A stretch of 64,000 bases of DNA, taken from the NCBI GenBank assembly GCA_951406725.2, contig CATOCA020000001.1, positions 6,882,001-6,946,000 of the forward strand. Reading direction: 5' to 3'. This DNA is from Octopus vulgaris (Eukaryota). A program made the translations under genes and the position numbers. Shown piece by piece: positions 57,615 to 64,000 of the stretch (its first letter is position 1; every line of letters begins with the position of its first letter). A model generated the notes under the pieces. That model had not been told where the DNA came from and made no database searches. It worked only from the letters and a program-made list of their open reading frames with translations.

Positions 57615-58593
57615 CTTGTGTTTGTCCCCCTAGCATTGCTTGACAATCGATGCTGGTGTGTTTATGTCCCCGTTACTTAGCGGTTCGGCAAAACAGACCG
57701 ATAGAATAAGTACTGGGCTTACAAAAGAATAAGTCCCGGGATCGATTTGCTCGATTAAAGGCGGTGCTCCAGCATGGCCGCAGTCAAATGACTGAAACAA
57801 GTAAAAGAGTAAAAGAGTATATATATATATAAAGCCTTGTGAGTGGATTTGGTAGACGGAAACTGAAAGAAGCCTGTCGTATATATGTATATATATTTAT
57901 GTGTGTGTCTGTGTTTGTCCCCCTAACATTGCTTGACAATCGATGTTGGTGTGTTTACGTCCTCGTTACTTAGCGGTTCGGCAAAAGAGACCGATAGAAT
58001 AAGTACTGGGCTTACAAAAGAATAAGTCCCGGGATCGATTTGCTCGATTAAAGGCGGTGCTCCAGCATGGCCGCAGTCAAATTACTGAAACGAGTAAAAG
58101 AGTAAAAGGGTAAAGAGAGCAATGAAAAACAAAAAAAAAAGTACTAATAAAAATGAAAAGAATGATCCTCCGTCGGTTACGACGACTAGTGCTCCAGCTG
58201 ATCAGATTAGCGGAAAAGTCTGTTCAGGAAATTAACGTGCAAAGAATGACTGGGTACTCCACAGAAACGCGCACCCTTAACTTAGTTCTCAGGGAGAGTC
58301 GGTGTAAGAAACAAGAGTGTGTGTGTGACAGGGGCTGGCCCCTTTTTGAAATACAGGTACTAATCATTTTTTGCCAGCTGAATGAATTGGTGTAATACTC
58401 CTTTACTTGTTTCAGTCATTTGACTGCGGCCATGCTGGAGCACCGCCTTTAGTCGAGCAACTCGACCCCGGGACTTATTCTTTTTGCAAGCTCAGTACTT
58501 ATTCTATCGGTCTCTTTTTGCCGAACCGCTAAGTGACGGGGACGTAAACACACCAGCATCGGTTGTCAAGCAATGCTAGGGGAACAAACACAG

Positions 58594-58653
<60 letters not shown>

Positions 58654-58817
58654 GACAGGCTTCTTTCAGTTTCCGTCTACCAAATCCACTCACAAGGCAT
58701 TGGTCGGCCCGGGGCTATAGCAGAAGACACTTGCCCAAGATGCCACGCAGTGGGACTGAACCCAGAACCATGTGGTTGGTTAGCAAGCTACTTACCATAC
58801 AGCCACTCCTGCGCCTA
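54578..58817. mobile_element. SINE A cluster (54578-54828 -, 56155-56582 -, 57041-58115 + with tandem heads, 58400-58817 -)
   Basis: Near-identical family A modules. Confidence 0.9.
54829..56155. repeat. Compound (TATG)n/(TG)n array of ~1.3 kb with higher-order ~230-bp duplication
   Basis: Marker gcatgtgtgtaggtatgtatgtacg recurs at about 55187 and 55418. Confidence 0.9.
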
Positions 58818-59049
58818 ATGTGGAATAAAGTGACTTGCTTAAGGATGCAAAGCGTCGCCGGGAAACGCACCTACTACGAAGGTGAGAGAATACCAGAAAC
58901 ACAAAAAGCCAGGCGCCTTACACACACACACACACACATACACACACGCTCCCCCTCTCTCTCTCTCTCTCTCTCTCTGTCACACACGCAATAAGTGTAT
59001 GTGTGTCTATGTATAGTGTGTGCGTAATTGGACATGCATACATTATATT

Positions 59050-59403
59050 CACTCGCCTACACTCGCCTCCTTATGAGAGCTCAAAATCTCTCGTGGAGGC
59101 GCCATCCAACCAAAATGCAAATATATGGGAAACTACCACCTGTGTCATCTCTTGTGAAAGGTAGGAGAGTCCAGTTTGCTGGACATTGTTGTAGAGCTGA
59201 AAACAAGGTAATTTCTACTCTTCTCCTCTGGAAGCCATCTGCTCGCAATACCAGAGGGCGCACACTCTCCTACCCTGATGTAATCTCCAGGGATGCAGGC
59301 ATCCAGCAACAGGACCTCCGTAATGCTATGATGGACCGTGAAGTATGGCGTAACATAGTAAATTCCATTGTCTCGATCACGGTCGAACAATGATGTTGAT
59401 GAT
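59050..59403 (+). mobile_element. 3' end of a second RTE-like LINE family
   Basis: YTRLLMRAQNLSW..HPT..QIYG.LPPVS..V..RR.QFAGHC.R...RGR..SY.D.I.RD.G......L..AM.DRE.WR; tgatgttgatgat tail. Confidence 0.75.
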
Positions 59404-59449
59404 TATATTCACGCACACACATACAGACAGACAGACCGACCGACAGATA

Positions 59450-59614
59450 ATAGATAGATAACTTTTTATTGTAGCCACACAGGGCTAAACACAGAATAAA
59501 AATGGACGAAATACAATGTAGAATATTTTCTTTTCGAGGTGGGATGGGTGGGGCACAAAAAAAAAACAACGTTTGATCAATAGGGATCTGTGGGTTGTGT
59601 GGTGTATAAAAAAG

Positions 59615-59703
<89 letters not shown>

Positions 59704-60100
59704 CGTTTTATTGTAGCCACACAGGGCTAAACACAGATTAAAAATGGACGAAATACAATGTAGAATTTTTTTCTTTTCAGGTGGGATGGGTGGGGCACAA
59801 AAAAAAAAACAACGTTTGATCAATAGGGATCTGTGGGGTTGTGTGGTGTATAAAAAGCAATATATATATATATATATAAGGTTCACAGTTTAGGTGTAGC
59901 CTTGGAAAGAAAAACCTACAAAAAAGACCAAGGTCACCTCAGACAATTCGAAAAAGAACACATGAGCAAGTCGCCTTACTTCTCGTTGTCTCTTTTGGTT
60001 ACAGATTTATGCTTAAAATAGTGTCGTCTTTCATACTGACCATTTTTGCCACTTTTACCCACTTTTTATTAAAACATTCGTTCGACAAAGCCTTCCTCTC

Positions 60101-60132
<32 letters not shown>

Positions 60133-60163
60133 AAAAATAGATAGATAGATAGATCGATAGAGC

Positions 60164-60233
<70 letters not shown>

Positions 60234-60416
60234 AATATAAAGATAGATAGATAGAAATATAAAGATAGATAGATAAGTTTCTTTATTGGCTACACAGGGC
60301 TACACACAGATGGGACAAGTTACAAGGTAGAGCTTTTCTTTTGGGGGAGAAAAAAAAAAAAAAAAAAAGGTGGCGTAGGTTTTCGATCAAAAGGGATCGT
60401 AAAAGGGGAAAAAAAG

Positions 60417-60420
<4 letters not shown>
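59450..60420 (-). mobile_element. Three 3' fragments of a Tx1/L1-like LINE embedded in (GATA)n
   Basis: ORF end ERKALSNECFNKKWVKVAKMV...SINL* (60100-59999); 3' ends ...agccctgtgt(g/a)gc..aataaa then (TATC)n at about 59461, 59703 and 60277. Confidence 0.65.
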
Positions 60421-60466
<46 letters not shown>

Positions 60467-60495
60467 GTAGGTAGGTAGGTAGGTAGGTAGGTATG

Positions 60496-60539
<44 letters not shown>

Positions 60540-60584
60540 TAGAGAGAGACAGCGATAGATAGATAGATAGATAGATAGAAATAT

Positions 60585-60625
<41 letters not shown>

Positions 60626-61004
60626 AATATAAAGATAGATAGATAGATAGATGGATATAGACAAAAGACAGAGAGAGTGATAAAAAGACAGACACAGAAA
60701 CGGAGATAAGAATGCGAATATATTTTCTTGCTGCGCAACGTCCATAACGGACACACAGACACACGCTAACATTAGCACAAGTCAGTCAAATTAGTCAGTC
60801 GCTGGCGAGGCCGTCTGTGCTAGTTATCGCCGAGAGACCCTAAACTCTTGTGACTGTAGTAGTTCTACTATACGTATATTATATTATATATCGCTCACAC
60901 AGACACATAATTACACTCCACACAGGATTGTGAGCAAATGCAGACGCTCACAAACCCAAACACGTACGTACGGTCGCATTGGAAGCTATACCTGAACAAA
61001 ACAT

Positions 61005-61393
61005 TACTCTTTTACTTGTTTCAGGCATTTGACTGCGGCCATGCTGGAGCACCGCCTTTAGTCGAGCAAATCGACCCCGGGACTTATTCTTTGGAAGCCC
61101 AGTACTTATTCTATCGGTCTCTTTTTGCCGAACCGCTAAGTGACAGGGACGTAAACACACCAGCATCGGTTGTCAAGCTATGCTAGGGGGACAAACACAC
61201 ACACACACACACATACATACATATATATATATACGACAGGCTTCTTTCAGTTTCCGTCTACCAATTCCACTCACAAGGCATTGGTCGGCCCGGGGCTATA
61301 GCAGAAGACACTTGCCCAAGATGCCACGCAGTGGGACTGAACCTGGAAACATGTGGTTGGTTAGCAAGCTACTTACCACACAGCCACTCCTAC

Positions 61394-61456
<63 letters not shown>

Positions 61457-61475
61457 TATATACATATATATATAC

Positions 61476-61537
<62 letters not shown>

Positions 61538-61700
61538 GACAGGCTTCTTTCAGTTTCCGTCTACCAAATCCACTCACAAGGCATTGGTCGGCCCGGGGCT
61601 ATAGCAGAAGACACTTGCCCAAGATGCCACGCAGTGGGACTGAACCTGGAACCATGTGGTTGGTTAGCAAGCTAATTACCACACAGCAACTCCTGCGCCT
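61005..61700 (-). mobile_element. SINE A full copy plus duplicated head
   Basis: Family A sequence; head repeated at 61535-61700. Confidence 0.9.
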
Positions 61701-62037
61701 ATTACGAGAACGTGCGTGTACATATATATTATTTATCCCCGAATATGTTTTGATCTAAATATGTTCAGTTAGAACAAACTATACTGTGTTAGATACACGA
61801 GAGAAGTACACTCTCGGTTTTAATGTATAGCCTCTGTCGTAACTATTTATTTTTATCACACACACACACACACACACATATATACACAACGGGCTTCTTT
61901 CAGTTTCCCTCTACCAAATCCACCCACGAGGCTTTGGTCGGCCTGAGGCTATAGTAGAAGACACTTGCCTAAGGTGCCACGCAGTGGGACTGAACCCGGA
62001 ACCATGTGGTTGGTAAGCAAGCTACTTATCACACAGC

Positions 62038-62090
<53 letters not shown>

Positions 62091-62445
62091 GCAAGTCTTT
62101 TACTTGTTTTAGCCATTAGACTTCGGCATTGATTTGAAGAATTTTTAGTCGTATGTAACCACCCCAGCACTTTTGTCTTTTTTTTTTCAATAAATCTGGT
62201 ACTTACTCTATTACAAGGACGTAAACATACCAACATCGATTGCCATGAGATGGCGGGGGAAGTCACACATACACACATATATATACGACGGACTTCTTTC
62301 AGTTTCCCTCTACCAAATCCACTCAGAAGGCTTTGATCGGCCCGAGGCTAAAGACACTTGGCCAAGGTGTCATGCTGTGGGAGTGAACCCGGAACCAAGT
62401 GGTTGGCGAGCGGACTTCTTAACACAGAGCCATGCCTGCGCCTAT

Positions 62446-62850
62446 TGGCAGAATCGTTAGCACGCTGGACGAAATGCTAAGCGGTATTTCGTCTGGCGTT
62501 ACGTTCCGAGTTCAAATTCCGCCAAGGTCGACTTAGCCTTTCATCCTTTCTGGGTTGATAAACTAAGTACCAGTTACGCACTGGGGTCGATGTAGTCGAC
62601 TTAATCCGTTTGTCTGTCCTTGTCTGTCCTCTCTGTGTTTAGCCCCTTGTGGGTAATAAAGAAATAGGTATTTCGTCTGGCGTTACGTTCCGAGTTCATA
62701 TTCGGCCGAGGTCGACTTTGGCTTTCATCCTTTCGGGGTCGATAAATTAAGTACCAGTTAAGCACTGGAGTCGATATGATCGACTTAATCCGTTCGTCTG
62801 TCCTTGTTTGTCTCCTCTGTGTTTAGCCCCATTGTCGGTAGTAAGAAAAA
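62446..62850 (+). mobile_element. Chimeric SINE B (head-core-tail-core-tail)
   Basis: Same organisation as 39588-40135. Confidence 0.85.
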
Positions 62851-63419
62851 ATATATATAACGGTTCTCTTTTCTCCTCAAGTTGTATATGTTTCAGATAC
62901 GGCCATACTGCAGCATCTCGAAGAATTTTTTTTGTCGAATGATTCAATGCCAGTACTTCAACATTTCCACCCCCTTTTGTAACTTTGGTACTTTACTCTA
63001 ACGGTCTCTATGGCAGGGCGTGGTGGGGGAAGAAACACATACACACAGACAGACACACACACACACACACATACGTCGAATGAAACAATATTATTCTGTA
63101 GTTTCCATTTGTAACGGAATCGTTTGTCAAACCATTAGATAACGGGAACGTAAGCACACCAACACCGGTTGTCAAGCGGTGGGGGAGAGACACACAGACA
63201 CACACACGTGTGTATAAAAGTATATATATATATATATATATCAGAGAACAAAATCTATCAGAAAGGAACTCTATCTCTCCTTAAAAAATATCTTTTGATA
63301 AGCATAACAAATGCGCAACGGGTAAAAAGAACTTTCACCTAATTAAATACACTCTCCCTTACTTAAATTAGTTCCTTTTTTTATATATCACAACTCGTGT
63401 TCCACATCTCCTTTTTTAA

Positions 63420-63468
<49 letters not shown>

Positions 63469-63594
63469 AATGCACAAAGATACACGATTAGTATATTCAT
63501 ACACATATATGTATGTGTATGTATATATATATAAAATATATATGTATACATACTTGTAGCCATATGTATACACACACACACACACACATATATA

Positions 63595-63964
63595 TACTCT
63601 TTACTCTTTTACATGTTTCAGTCATTTGACTGCGGCCATGCTGGAGCACCGCCTTTAGTCGAGCAACTCGACCTCGGGACTTATTCTTTTGTAAGCCCAG
63701 CACTTATTTTATTGGTCTTTTTTGCCGAACCGCTAAGTAACGGGGACATAAACACACCAGCTCGGTTGTCAAACAATGCTAGGGGGACTAATACAGACAC
63801 ACAAACACACACACGCATATATATATACATATATACGACGGGCTTCTTTCAGTTTCCATCTACCAAATCCACTCACAAGGATTTGGTCTGTCCGAGGCTA
63901 TAGTAGAAGACACTTGCCCAAGGTGCCACGGAACAAGCTACTTACTACACAGCCACTCCTGCGC

Positions 63965-63965
<1 letters not shown>
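63595..63965 (-). mobile_element. SINE A copy with internal head deletion
   Basis: Family A sequence. Confidence 0.85.

Positions 63966-64000
<35 letters not shown>

Overview
AT-rich, microsatellite- and transposon-saturated animal genomic DNA. The SINE, RTE and Penelope-type repeat complement suggests an octopus (cephalopod); this is inference. One protein-coding gene was reconstructed by hand on the minus strand: 10 coding exons from an ATG at 27911 to the window edge at 1, all with GT-AG introns and matching phases, 419 codons visible. It encodes ankyrin repeats, a RING-HC-like finger with His replaced by Asp at ligand 4, and a C-terminal part (possibly a death-fold domain) that runs out of the window. 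The rest is mostly repeats: RTE, CR1, Hero/RLE and Tx1-like LINE remnants, at least three tRNA-derived SINE families, mariner and pogo remnants, Helitron-type elements, foldback elements sitting in (TA)n, and very long simple repeats. The most striking unannotated structure is a 360-bp partially tandem unit at 41642-42105. It carries a type I hammerhead ribozyme with a compensatory U3-A8 core variant at the tip of a long stem I, which looks like a retrozyme or Penelope-type element. Almost all long ORFs in the supplied track are microsatellite artefacts.
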